From Hormiphora californensis (lineage: Eukaryota > Animalia > Ctenophora): a stretch of 64,000 nucleotides of DNA. The notes under the pieces were generated by a model. The model was not told the origin of the DNA. It did no database searches and was given only the letters and a program-made list of their open reading frames with translations. This document shows positions 10,509 to 23,100 of the stretch, piece by piece. The stretch lies in contig CM035353.1 of assembly GCA_020137815.1 (NCBI GenBank), forward strand, positions 2,108,001-2,172,000, read 5' to 3'. A program made the translations under genes and the position numbers. Positions within the stretch are counted from its first letter, which is position 1, and each line of letters begins with the position of its first letter.

Positions 10509-13500
10509 ATGGGATGGCTGTGGAACAACCCGCAGCCCAACAACATGGAGGAATTCCTGAAGAATCAAGCCAAGGAGGAGGAGGGGGCTGGAGACCAAAC
10601 ACCAAACCCTCCTAACAATGGTGAGTATTCAGATTCTGTATTCTGTATTCTCAATATTAGTTCAGATCTGTTGCTTTAAATATAGATTGCTTTAAATATA
10701 GGTTGAATAGAAATGTTTATTTTTCAGAAGGCAGCAGAGTCCAGGGGAATTCAGCTCCTCAAAGACCCATGAAGTACTCGGGATTCGATTCGGATGCCTT
10801 TGAGCGGGCAGCGAAAGCAATGAAAGACCTTGATCAGTCCAGTAAGTAACTCAAAGTCATGCGAGAAATAATTGAACTCTTCACAGCTCCAAACATAATC
10901 TAGGCAGTTAAGTAGGCAGTTAAGTAGGCACAACACAATATATATCTGTTTATTGGTTCTTACATGTTTATTGTGCAGCAGATGACTTCGGAGAAAATCT
11001 CGAATAGCACGGGTGAAAACGCCACTTTGGTTAGATATTTTTTCTCAACCTGCTCTAACAAATCCGGTAGAAGTTCTTTTTTGCAAACAGCCCCCTCCAG
11101 CGAGTACCAGGTGGACGCGATGTCAAACTGCCGTTTTGATCGTGCTCCACAAATGTGAAATGTCCCAACTTTCTTACCGCCCCGTTCCCTCAATTTCCTC
11201 CAAAATGTATCTGTGGCGATGTCACTCAAGGTGCCTTCGGCAATATCAACTAACCAAGTCCAAAAACTCGTGGAGCACGACACGGTGTACAAGATTTTCC
11301 TAAATCCAGGCCTAGCACAAGCTAAATCTGCATTTCCTGATCCTCCAATATCTACTGTGCTTGACTGTGCCCGGTTCATAATGTCCAAAATACCTTCCAC
11401 AAAGCTGGTAGGGCTAGGGAGGCGATGCCTACAGAATATGTCTTGACACCAGGAAGCAATGGCTCGCAACTCTGGTTGGTTAATGTCGGTTGACCAGAAG
11501 GGATTTCCCTCGCAAAGGTAGCCCTCTGCAAGAAGCATTTCCATCTCTATTGACGAGGGAATAGCTGCTGTAACGGTAACAATCCTGAAAATAAGATGTC
11601 AAGCTTCTAACACACAGTTAATCTGAAATAATCAAACTTACACGAAAATACTGACAATCATAACCGCAGTCACGTTGAGAGTAGCTCGAAATGTAGAAAT
11701 ATGAAGTCAATATGTATTGCATCAGAACTTTGTTTGTGAAACGTCCTTCTTTCGGCTGAATAGCAGTCAAATGATGACACCTGGTTATCGACACGAGACT
11801 AAAGACTAAACAGTTAAAATATATTCTGGGGTAACCAAAATATTAAACCTTTTAAATGTTTATTACAGTGGTATGAGTGGTATGAGTGGTGTAGTGAGAC
11901 ACAAACTAATGGCTCACTGCACTGTATGAAATTCAAAACAAGATCTTTTATCGAGAAGAAAAAAAATGATTTAAATATTGAATCTTACACAATCAATCCA
12001 ATCTCCTCTCAACCACCCTTTAAAAAGCAACACATAACCTCAGCCCCAACCTCGGAAGAAGGAAGGGCACTTCCGACGTAGTTGGACTCTATTTCTGCAA
12101 TCAACTCTTTATAAAACTTTCCAGTACAAATAACTTGGTTGAGCATTTTAACAGTCGAATCAACGTCAAATTGTCTCTTGCGCAGTAGTGGTGCTTTGGA
12201 TTTATTTTTCGTGCACATGCTAGATTTTCCCACCACTCGATACGCTTTCTCCAAGAGCACCCCCCAAAACGGTAACTCAGGCCGGCCGGTAAAGTCTTGA
12301 AGCAACTTAACAATGTGTTCAAAAAACTCAATCTTGCAGTTCATTTTCCAGAGCGTCTCCCGTGCAGCTACCAACATACAATCCCTAAAGGGCTTCTGGG
12401 AGTACGCTAGCCCGATGTAGTCGAACATATCTTTCGGGGATGGAGACCGGTGTTCACAGACCATACTTCTTATTATCTTGAGGAAAAACTGCTTGTCTTG
12501 GAGTGAGCCCCCTATCTCATCAATCCAGTTTGTATCGCCTGTACAAACGTACTCCTTCATTAACTTCACAGCAAAAGCTGCATCTCCGGCTGTGTGCTTC
12601 TTTACTTGCGACAATGGCAGGATAGATCTGTAACAAGGAAGTAGTAGAATGAATCAAATATACTCACAGTGCTGCTTGTAGTCGTATTACCGTAATGGAA
12701 ATACAGTAATGAGACACGCACGTTGCATAACGCGCAGCAAAAAGTGCATGTGTTCAGCAAGTACTAGCGCCCTGATTGGCCACGGTTGCGCGTCGTCTTA
12801 CTGTATCTTCGTTTTCCATTACCGTTTTCCCACTACAAGCGACCGTGTCAGTATGGGTATTGTTAGCTGAAATCAGCACTTACATGAACAATAACGAGAA
12901 CTTGACCAGCATTCCCTTTGTTGAAACAACACTGTGAACCTAATAAACAGTAAATATAGGTTTCAATTTTCTTATAATGAACTAATACCAATACAATGAT
13001 GTTTTGTTTGGCATGTTTTAATTGTTTGTTTTTTTAGAAAACGCAAAAGAAGCGATAGAAATTGCTCTAAAGTCGGAAGAATCAAGAAAAGCTGAGGCCC
13101 AAACTCGAATGAAAGAAATGGAGTATGCGATTTTGCAGGAGGAAACCCAGAGGCAAAGGTATGTATTGAACAAATTAATAACAATATAACTACAAGGAGT
13201 GGACCGAAACAGAATTGGACAAGATTTTTGTAGGTAGTAGGACATTTTGTCTATTTCCCGCTCTCAAAAGATATAATACATTTTTCACTGAGATATTTTT
13301 GATACAACGGGTGAGATTCTCTCAGATAATTTTATGAAATGGTTTAAAAATGATCGTAGGAGCTCATTCAAACCGATAGCCAAGTGAAAATTTTATTTAG
13401 GTAAAAATTAAAATAGCAAATGCAGTGCCCAGATATATACGGACCTGTATTTGTGTGTAGGAACGGCACGTATGTTGCCACCCCGATATATGGACCTACC

Positions 13501-14072
13501 TGGACTACCTGGACTGTAGTGAGAGGATTAAATTGGTAGCTTATCAGGCTATCTAATCCTAGCAGTTATATCCTGTTTTACTTCGTTTAAAATAACAAAA
13601 CTGGTTCAATAAACATTATTTAATACTTCTTGCTTTATCCTTTCCCACGTAATTCGTTTCAAATTAGAAAACAATTAAACAGTATTTAATGCACTAATCT
13701 TTCTTGCTTTATCCTTTCCCACATGTCCTGGTTTCCCACGATCCTATAGCAGTGTGCCCCTTGAGATGGTACACAGCGTTCCCATCCCTGCCATTCCCTG
13801 ATACCCAACAATGCCTCCTTACCATCACTATTAAGGAGAGCAAGAAATCGCACTCTCTCTCTCTCTCAGATGGAGAAGTAGAGAGAGAGCAAAACGATAA
13901 CCCTTACAAAGAATCGAACATTTCATTAAACTTTCTGTTAGTGATGTCCCGGTTCAATATAAGTTTAAGATTTTTGATTGTGCTAGGCGTTCCCATCCCT
14001 ATTCCCTGCCATTTCCTGATACCCAAGCCAACAATGCCTCCTTACCATCACTATTCAGGAGAGCAAGAAATC

Positions 14073-14130
<58 letters not shown>

Positions 14131-17100
14131 TCTCTCTTTCTCTCTCTCTCAGATGAGGATGTAGAGAGAGAGAACAAAACGATAACCCTTACAAAGAATC
14201 GAACATTTCTTTGAACTTTCTGTTAGTGATGTCCCGGTTCAATATAAGTTTAAGATTTCTGATTGTGCTAGGCGTTCCCATCCCTGCCATTCCCTGATCT
14301 CCCACACCACTCCAAAAAGTGGGGCAAGAAACGCAAAATATCCTAGTGTAATTCATTTCAAATTACAAAACAATTAAACATTATGCACTAATCTTTCTTG
14401 CTTTATCCTTTCCCACGTTTCCGGGTTTCCCATGATCTTTTAGCAGTGTGCCCCTTGAGATGGTACACAGCGAGCATGTTCTCCATCGCAGAGAGACACA
14501 CTTCATAGGACATTTGGTAATGAAATTACCCCTCCGTTATAATTGCTCTGAATGAAGAGGTAATAATAACGCCTTTGCAACAGGAAAAAAAATCCTGTGT
14601 CCAAACTACAAAACAGAAAGTTCTAATTTTTAACATACCGAGGAAATTGTCTGAGCTACAATTGTATACCGGAATTTTTCGATTTGCTGGCCATTATCAC
14701 TGCTTTTGTGTTTGGAAAACCATGAAGATGGCGGAATTTGGCTACAAAAAGTTTCAGGAATGTGCAAAATGCCATTCCTAAGGTATTAGAAGTGGATTCA
14801 TTGATAGCTAAGCTATAGTCTTATCAGAAAAAAAATTCCACAAAATGCTTGAAAATGCCCTGAAATTGCAATTTTACGGAAGAGTGTGGTACACCTTTAT
14901 TGTTAAACATAGGATAGAATCGCTACTTTCTGTAGAATGTAGATCCTAGTTACTAAAAAAAATAGTACGATAAGTTGTTGACAGGTTTTGGACACCTTTT
15001 TGAATTTTTGTCATGAGAACATCTTGAAAATGGTCATTTTAGGGTAGGCGTTATTGTAACCCCTGTATGCAATTTTTTTTAGTTTCCAATGCCTGGTTAA
15101 AAGTTTTGAAATGCCTAATAAGAGGCAACATATATGTGAAGTGTGGTAGTTAGTGGTAGTTAGATCTAGGTCAGCCAAGGGAGATAATCATTCCGATATT
15201 ATATCGTCTCGTGGTTTTTTCTAAATTCGTTTTGGCTCGGGGGAAAGGGTTTCGCCCGGTAAATCTGGGTACCTCATGGTATATCGGGGCAAAATATCGT
15301 CAATTTCGGGGATGTTTATCCTCCCGGTAAATCGGGGTTCGGTAAATCGGGGTCTGACTGTAGTACTATTATAGGATGCAATTTTATTGGTTGCTGGTAA
15401 CAAGATTTGAAGTGCCTGATAAAACGCAGCATGTAAAATATAATGGTCGTTTGACCAAATGGCAACTCTAGCCTCTAGGTTAGCTCTAGGAGATTCAATG
15501 CTTGCACCGAAATTATACCGTGCATTGTCTTTTTTTTCTATGGCTAACCCACTAGCGGGAACCGTGAATTCTTTTAAAAAATAACATTTTAGTAAATGAT
15601 GTTATTTGTGTTTGGACTGCTCCTGACCAGAGTCGTTGGAGGGGATATTTCATCGGCTGAGTGCAAACCGATGGAAGTAAATGGATACCTTCACGAACAT
15701 TGCCCCAGACCAGACCATTACTTTACATTCAAGTGTCCACGATCAAATACAACGTACAGTAGTTACTTAGGTGGTGAATGTGACAGTGAAAATCTTTTCA
15801 GCACCGTTTGTCCTTCAGATCCAGGGTTCTACCAGGCATGTGGACACAGTGGTTGCACAGGTTCCAGAGAACTGGCTGGGACAACATTGCTCTGTGGGAC
15901 GTTCATTTGCGATGACTGGACCCCCACCGGTATGGTTTATGACTTTTTCTACCGTTGTAAAAGTGGTGCATGTGGAAACACTGAACTGAACATGGTTGGG
16001 TGTAACGATAGTACAACAAAGTGTAACAATGTCTGCGAGGATGGCCATTGTTCAGATGAATCAGATTGCAATGGAGTACAATATGGTGTTTGGTGCGAAG
16101 GAAGGGAACTACATCCCCCCTGATTTTAGCTGCGATGGATTTTCGGTTTGTAACAATGACATAGAAGAGATAGAAGTATGTCTTAATTGGACTGTTGCTG
16201 ATCATACCACCTGTCAGCACACAGTGAGCTCTAAGATCATACGAATCCAAGGATAACATGAGATGTTTCTTTCCTGACTATTCCGCTTGTGAAAACGGAC
16301 AGGATCAGACAAACTGCAGTGATCCTGAAAGGGTTGTTATGCAGTGTCTCTCCCAGGGCTTCCCAACCACCATATCCAAGTGGGGATACTGCCAGGGATA
16401 TAAACTTTGTGATGATGACTACAATAACGTTTGTGTTGATCCAGAACTAGGTTGCAACATTCACAAGGGGCAGCTGTGTGATGGACATCGAGATTGCAAT
16501 AACGGAGGGGACGAAACTTGTAAAGATCTTACCAATGTGACATGCATCAGAAGGTTTCACTCTCCGAACTTGGAGAATAACGTCTCTCTACCGATTCCGT
16601 TGGAGTGGGTCATGGACGGAGAAGTGGACTGTCTTGATGGAATGGATGAAGATGAGGGAAAATGGTTGCAATGTGGAACTGACTACTATACCAGGTATCA
16701 AGCGATGGGGACTGAATGTAAGGAAGTTCTTCTCTGCCCTTTAGAGAGAAGGTATATTGACTTGAACAATCTTTGCGACAAAATAAACACATGCTTGTTT
16801 GAGGAAAAGCTGTGTAACGCAGCCCGGCAAACTGACATTGATGTAACAACTCTCATCGAAACCTTTATCACTAGCCAGGATCAGAATTTCATTCAGCATT
16901 GTTTTCCAACCGGAGCTGCAGACCTGGAAAGGAAACTGGGAAAGTGCAACACAATAGAACACTCTGCTGGAATTGTCAAAACTGTACTGAATGTCCAACA
17001 ACCCGTGCTCGTATCGATTCCTGAGAACAAAGTCGACTGCTCCCATCTTTTCGGTGAGAACTATGTCTATGCAGCATGCAACAACATCTGTCTAAATGCT

Positions 17101-20100
17101 GAATGTCCCTTAAAGAAAATCCCTGGAGACACTTGCACAAACATAAAGGATTCCGTAGTTCGAGCTCTGGCAGACACTGCCATTCCAAGTACAACGACGC
17201 TGTTCAAAACTGCAAAAGACCCCGGCTTCTACGACAGTAAGATATTTCCGTGTGGCAATAAAAGATGTGTCTCCTATCGGGATGTTTGCAATCTTAAAGA
17301 CGACTGCAATGATGGCTCTGATGAGAAACTCTGTGCAAATCACTTTCAGTGTAAAACTTACAATGAACTAGTGGTCCTATCTCAAGTGTGCGATAACGTG
17401 GTACACTGCCGTGATTTCTCCGACGAGTGCTCACAAAATTGTCCATCTACAAATAAGAACATTTTTGGGAACCGTTTTCTGAGATCTGCAAGCTTATCTA
17501 TGGGTCTGATTTCAACTTCCCTGAACACTGTTTCACTGATAAGATCGGCTTGGGAGTTACCCAGACAAAAGACGTATGAAATGTTTCTAAACAAATTCGC
17601 CATTGTTTTGATAAACCTTGGTGACTTGATGATTGGTGTGTACCTTCTGCTGTTATCCTATTTTGACTTCATCTACAATGCTGATGGCAACTACTGCGAA
17701 GAGAGATACCGATGGTTCAGCTCCAGTGAGTGTTCCTCCCTTGGAGTCCTTAGTACCACGGGATCGCAACTGTCACTCTTTGCAATGACAATGCTCAGTA
17801 TCACCAGATTGGCAAACATTGGAAATCTTGTCCAACGGGACTTGTTCAGCTATAAGTCTGCTGTCAAGCTTGTGTTGCTTCTAGCTTTTCCTCTTCTAGC
17901 CAGTGTCATCATTGCAGTAACACCGATTTTGTCAGTCACCGAGGACTACTTTGTCAACGGGCTATATTACCATGGATCACCGCTTTTCATCCGGCCCGTC
18001 AGTAAGATCAACCACTACAAGGTTTTCAAGGAGTACTTGGAAGGGCGGTCATTGTCGTGGGAGAAAGCCTCGTTCTCCTGGGAAGCTATCCGCTCAACGG
18101 TCAAAGAAATGTTTTCATCAGATCATGGAGGTAATTAAAAATTTTGTTTGTGTGTATGCATGAAATTCATAGCGATATACCTAGCGTTATTCAGATATGT
18201 AAAAGCAAAAAAGTAGCACTAAATTTGACATTATTTTCAGGAATACCGAATTCTACTATCCATTTTTACGGAAATGATGGGGTCTGTGTGTTCAAGTATC
18301 TAGTTACCCGTGATGACCCCCAATGGGTATTTTCAACATCCATTCTTCTGGTAAACTTCCTATGTTTCATATTCATCTTGGTCAGCTATGGATACATAAA
18401 CTTTAAAACCCAGAAGTCCAGCCGGAATGTGGGAGCTGCTACGGGTCGACAAGGCGCCAACAGAGCTCTTCAAGCAAAAATATCCGCAATAATCCTAACT
18501 GATTTTTTCTGCTGGGTTCCATTAAGCATTGTTTCATTTCTCCACCTCTCCGAAGCCATAAATGCGTCAAATTGGTATCCCTTCTTTTCAATTCTGATCC
18601 TCCCCATCAATTCGGTGATCAATCCCCTGCTGTATGATTCTACTTTTTACTTTGGTCTCTTCTTTGGGCCGGCACGAGTTTTGAGACGCACTGGGACTAG
18701 TTTCATAACGTCCCTTCAGACTTTCAACGAACAGGAACCGGCGGAAGGAACTCCCCCTCCCCAGGAGACGCCACTTTGAAAATTGGGAATTATAAACCTT
18801 AAATATGTCATGCAGATACACGTCCTTCCGGCATAGAATCAGAGACGTTTAGAGAGGACCTTTCAAACTGTTACATAGACGTGAATTATATTATCGGCAT
18901 TCAATTACTCATAGTATTGTTGATAAAGTATACTTGTAATGAAAAAGCTATCAAGCTAATGTTATTTAGTGTTTATGAATTATGATAATGTCAAATATGT
19001 GATATATTTGCAATAATCTGTCAATGTGTGAAATGTACTGTATTTACATTGCGTTAGTGCGTTAACTATTCAACGAGTTTCTTGTTATCCGTAATAAAAG
19101 TAAATAAATGCATCATCAACTATTTAACCCCTTAAATTCATCTGAATCTCGCTCAACGGCACAGTATTCTAAGTACTGTCATGAGACGATTCATGTGTTT
19201 TCCGAAATCGGGGGTGCCCGGTATATCGGGGTGATATCCTATATCGGGGGAAGTATATCCTCCCGGTACATCTGAGCTGCTTCAAAACTGCACGTGCAAA
19301 TGTTGAGTCATCACTACCACTACCAAGCATCTGCCTTTTTTAATATAGACTAGAGAGCCCAGGCAAAAGAACAAAAAACTCTCACACCCTATTGACTCCT
19401 CTCAATCCCGATTCCTGGCTCATGCCTACTTTTCTCACTACGGCGCCGCTTCACGGCACCTCCGGTCGCAAGATCATACTCCACCCCCCCTTCCCCTGTT
19501 GACTCCTCTCAATCCCGATCCCTGGCTCATGCCCTATTGACTCCCCTCGGCCCCTATAATATAGATAACCCCACTGTGTGTCGGGATGAAATCTGATATA
19601 CCACCCTGTCAGGGTGGTATATCGTTCAGTTATTCCACTGCTCGCGGAGCGAGCAGGGAATAACTGCTGATATTCCCGCAGCCGAAGGCAAGGGAATATC
19701 GCATATTTCATCCCGACACACAGTGGGGTTATTTATTATAAACCACCCCCAAAAGATTGATTATGTTTCTTTATTATTATTCACATTTGAACTTTAATTT
19801 GAACTGTATTCATGTAATTTGAACTGTATTCATTTGAACTGTAGACGGCGGGAAAAAAGGAAGGGAATTATGAAGGGGGAAATTCACAGCGACAGTGTGA
19901 AGGAGAAATTATCTGATATACCACAGTAGAGTGCGGGAAATATCAACAGGGGGGGTGGTTTATAGAATCATATTGTCCCCTATTCACTCCATCTCACCCT
20001 CTATTCACTCCCCTATAACGCCATAACAACACTTCCCTAACCCCTCTCTCAATCGGTGATCTGAAGCAGTCCAGAACCCCACATTTTCCCTCATTTTCGC

Positions 20101-23100
20101 GATAACTCAGTCATTTCTCAGCCAATTTCAAAATTCCAAGGCTCATTAGAAAGATAATCTCAAGCTCTTTCAAATCAGCTATTATCCCCCAAATTTATAA
20201 AACCTTTACACACGCACGTGCACTCCCCAAGCCCCACTAAACACCCCTAACAACACGCCAATTTTCCACGTGCAAAATCCTAAACCCCCCCCCCCCCCCC
20301 CAAAAACCAATTGTCTTGCAAGGTTCTCTGCTTTATAATATAGATTAAATGCACCAATCTTTCTTGCTTAATCCTTTCCCACGTTTCCTGGTTTCCCACG
20401 ATCCTATAGCAGTGTGCCCCTTGAGATGGTACACAGCAAGCATGTTCTCCATCGCAGAGAGACCCTTCGTAGGACCTGCACGTGTGTAATTGTATTGTTC
20501 TTACTCCCTTTTAAAAAGTGTGTGCGTGTGAACCCACCCACTTTTGCTGTTGTGGGAGAGCAGTATCCCTTTTTTAGTTTCCAATGCCTGGTTACAAGTT
20601 TTGAAATGCCTAATAAGAGGCAACGTATATGTGACGTGTGGTAGTTAGTGGTAGTTAGATCTAGGTCAGCCAAAGGAGATAATCATCCCGATATTATATC
20701 GTCTCGACGTCTCGTGGTTTTTTCTAAATTTGTTTTGGCTCGGGGGAAAGGGTTTCGCCCGGTAAATCGGGGTGCCCGGTATATCGGGGTCTGACTGTAG
20801 TACTATTATAGGATGCAATTTTATTGGTTACTGGTAACAAGATTTGAAGTGCCTAATAAGACGAAGCATGTAAAATATAATGGTCGTTTGACCAAATGGC
20901 AACTCTAACCTCTAGGTAAGCTCTAGGAGATTCAATGCTTGCACCGAAATTATACCGTGCATTGTCGTTTTTTATATGGCTAACCCACTATAAGCTTGTT
21001 ATGTTCTAACCCTCCTTTACATTTGGGCGGGGCACGTGAAACACAGCCTAGCTAGGCAACTATAAGCGGGAACTATGAATTCTTTTAAAAAATAATATTT
21101 TTAGTAAATGATGTTATTTGTGTTTGGACTGCTCCTGACAAGAGTTGTTGGAGGAGATATTTCATCGGCCGAATGTAAACCGGTGGAAGTAAACGGATAC
21201 CTCCACGAACATTGTCCCACACCATACCTTAACTTCATATTCAAGTGTCCACGATCAAATACAACGTACAGTTACTTAGGTGGTGAATGTGACTCTTTTA
21301 CTGGATTCAGCACCGTTTGTCCTTCAGATCCAGGGTTCTACCAGGCATGTGGACACACTGGTTGCACAGGTTCCAGAAAACTAGCTGGGACACCATTGCT
21401 CTGTGGGACGTTCATTTGCGATGAATGGACCGCCACCGGTATGATTTATGACTTTTTCTACCGTTGTAAAAGTGGTACATGTGGAAACACTGAACTGAAC
21501 ATGGTTGGATGTAACGATAACAGTGTCACAACAAAGTGTAACAATATCTGCGAGGATGGCCATTGTTCAGATGAATCAGATTGCAATGGAGTACAATATG
21601 GTGTTTGGTGCGAGGAAGGGAACTACATCCCCCCTATTTGGATCTGCGATGGATTTTCAGTTTGTAACAATGACATAGAAGATAATATAGAAGTATGTTT
21701 AAATCGGACTGTTGCTGATCATACCACCTGTCAGCACACAGTGAGCTCTAAGACCATACGAATCCAGGATAACATGAGATGTTTCTTTCCTGACTATTCC
21801 GCTTGTGAAAATGGACAGGATCAAACAAACTGCAGTGATCCTGGAAAGGTTGTTATGCAGTGCCTCTCCCAGGGCTATCCAACCACCATATCCAAGTGGG
21901 GATACTGCCAGGGATATACACTTTGTGATGATGGGTATAATAACGCCTGTGTTGATCCAGAACTAGGTTGCAACATTCACAAGGGGCAGCTATGTGATGG
22001 ACATCGAGATTGCAATAACGGAGGGGACGAAACTTGTAAAGATCTTACCAATGTGACATGCATCAGAAGGTTTCACTCTCCGAACTTGGAGAATAACGTC
22101 TCTCTACCGATTCCGTTGGAGTGGGTCATGGACGGAGAAGTGGACTGTCTCGGTGGAATGGATGAAGATGAGGGAAAATGGTTAAAATGCGGTACTGAAT
22201 ACTACACCAGGTATCAAGAGATGGGGACCAAATGTAAGGAAGTTCTTCTCTGCCCTTTAGAGAAAAGTTATATTGACTTGAACAACCTTTGCGACCGAAT
22301 AAACACATGCTCGTTTGAGGAAAAGCTGTGTAACGCAGCCCGGCAAACTGACATTGATGTAACAACTCTCATCGATACCTTTATCACTAGCCAGGATCAG
22401 AATTTCATTCAGCATTGTTTTCCAACCGGAGCTGCAGACCTGGAAAGGAAACTGGGAAAGTGCAACACAATAGAACACTCTGCTGGAATAGTTAAAACTG
22501 TACTTAATGTCCAACAACCAGTGCTCGTATCAATTCCTGAGAAAAAGGTCGACTGCACCTATCTTTTTGGTGCAAACTATGTCTATGCAGCATGCAACAA
22601 CATCTGTCTGAATGCTGAATGCCCCTTGAAGAAAATCCCTGGAGACACTTGCACAAACAAAAAAGATTCCGTAGTTCGAGCTCTGGCAGACACTGCCATT
22701 CCAAGTACAACGACGCTGTTCAAAACTGCAAATGACCCCGGTTTCTACGACAGTAAAATATTTCCGTGTGACAACAAAAAATGTGTCTTCTATCGGGATG
22801 TTTGCAATCTTAAAGACGACTGCAATGATGGCTCTGATGAGAAACTCTGTGCAAATCACTTTCAGTGTAAAACTTACAATGAACTAGTGGTCCTATCTCA
22901 AGTTTGCGATGGCGTGGTGCACTGCCGTGATTATTCCGACGAATGCTCACAAAATTGTCCATCTTCAAATAAGAACATCTTTGGGAACCATTTTCTGAGA
23001 TCTGCAAGCTTATCTATGGGTCTTATTTCAACTTGCCTGAACACTGTTTCACTGATAAGATCTGCTTTGGAGTTACCCAGACAAAAGACATATGAAATGT

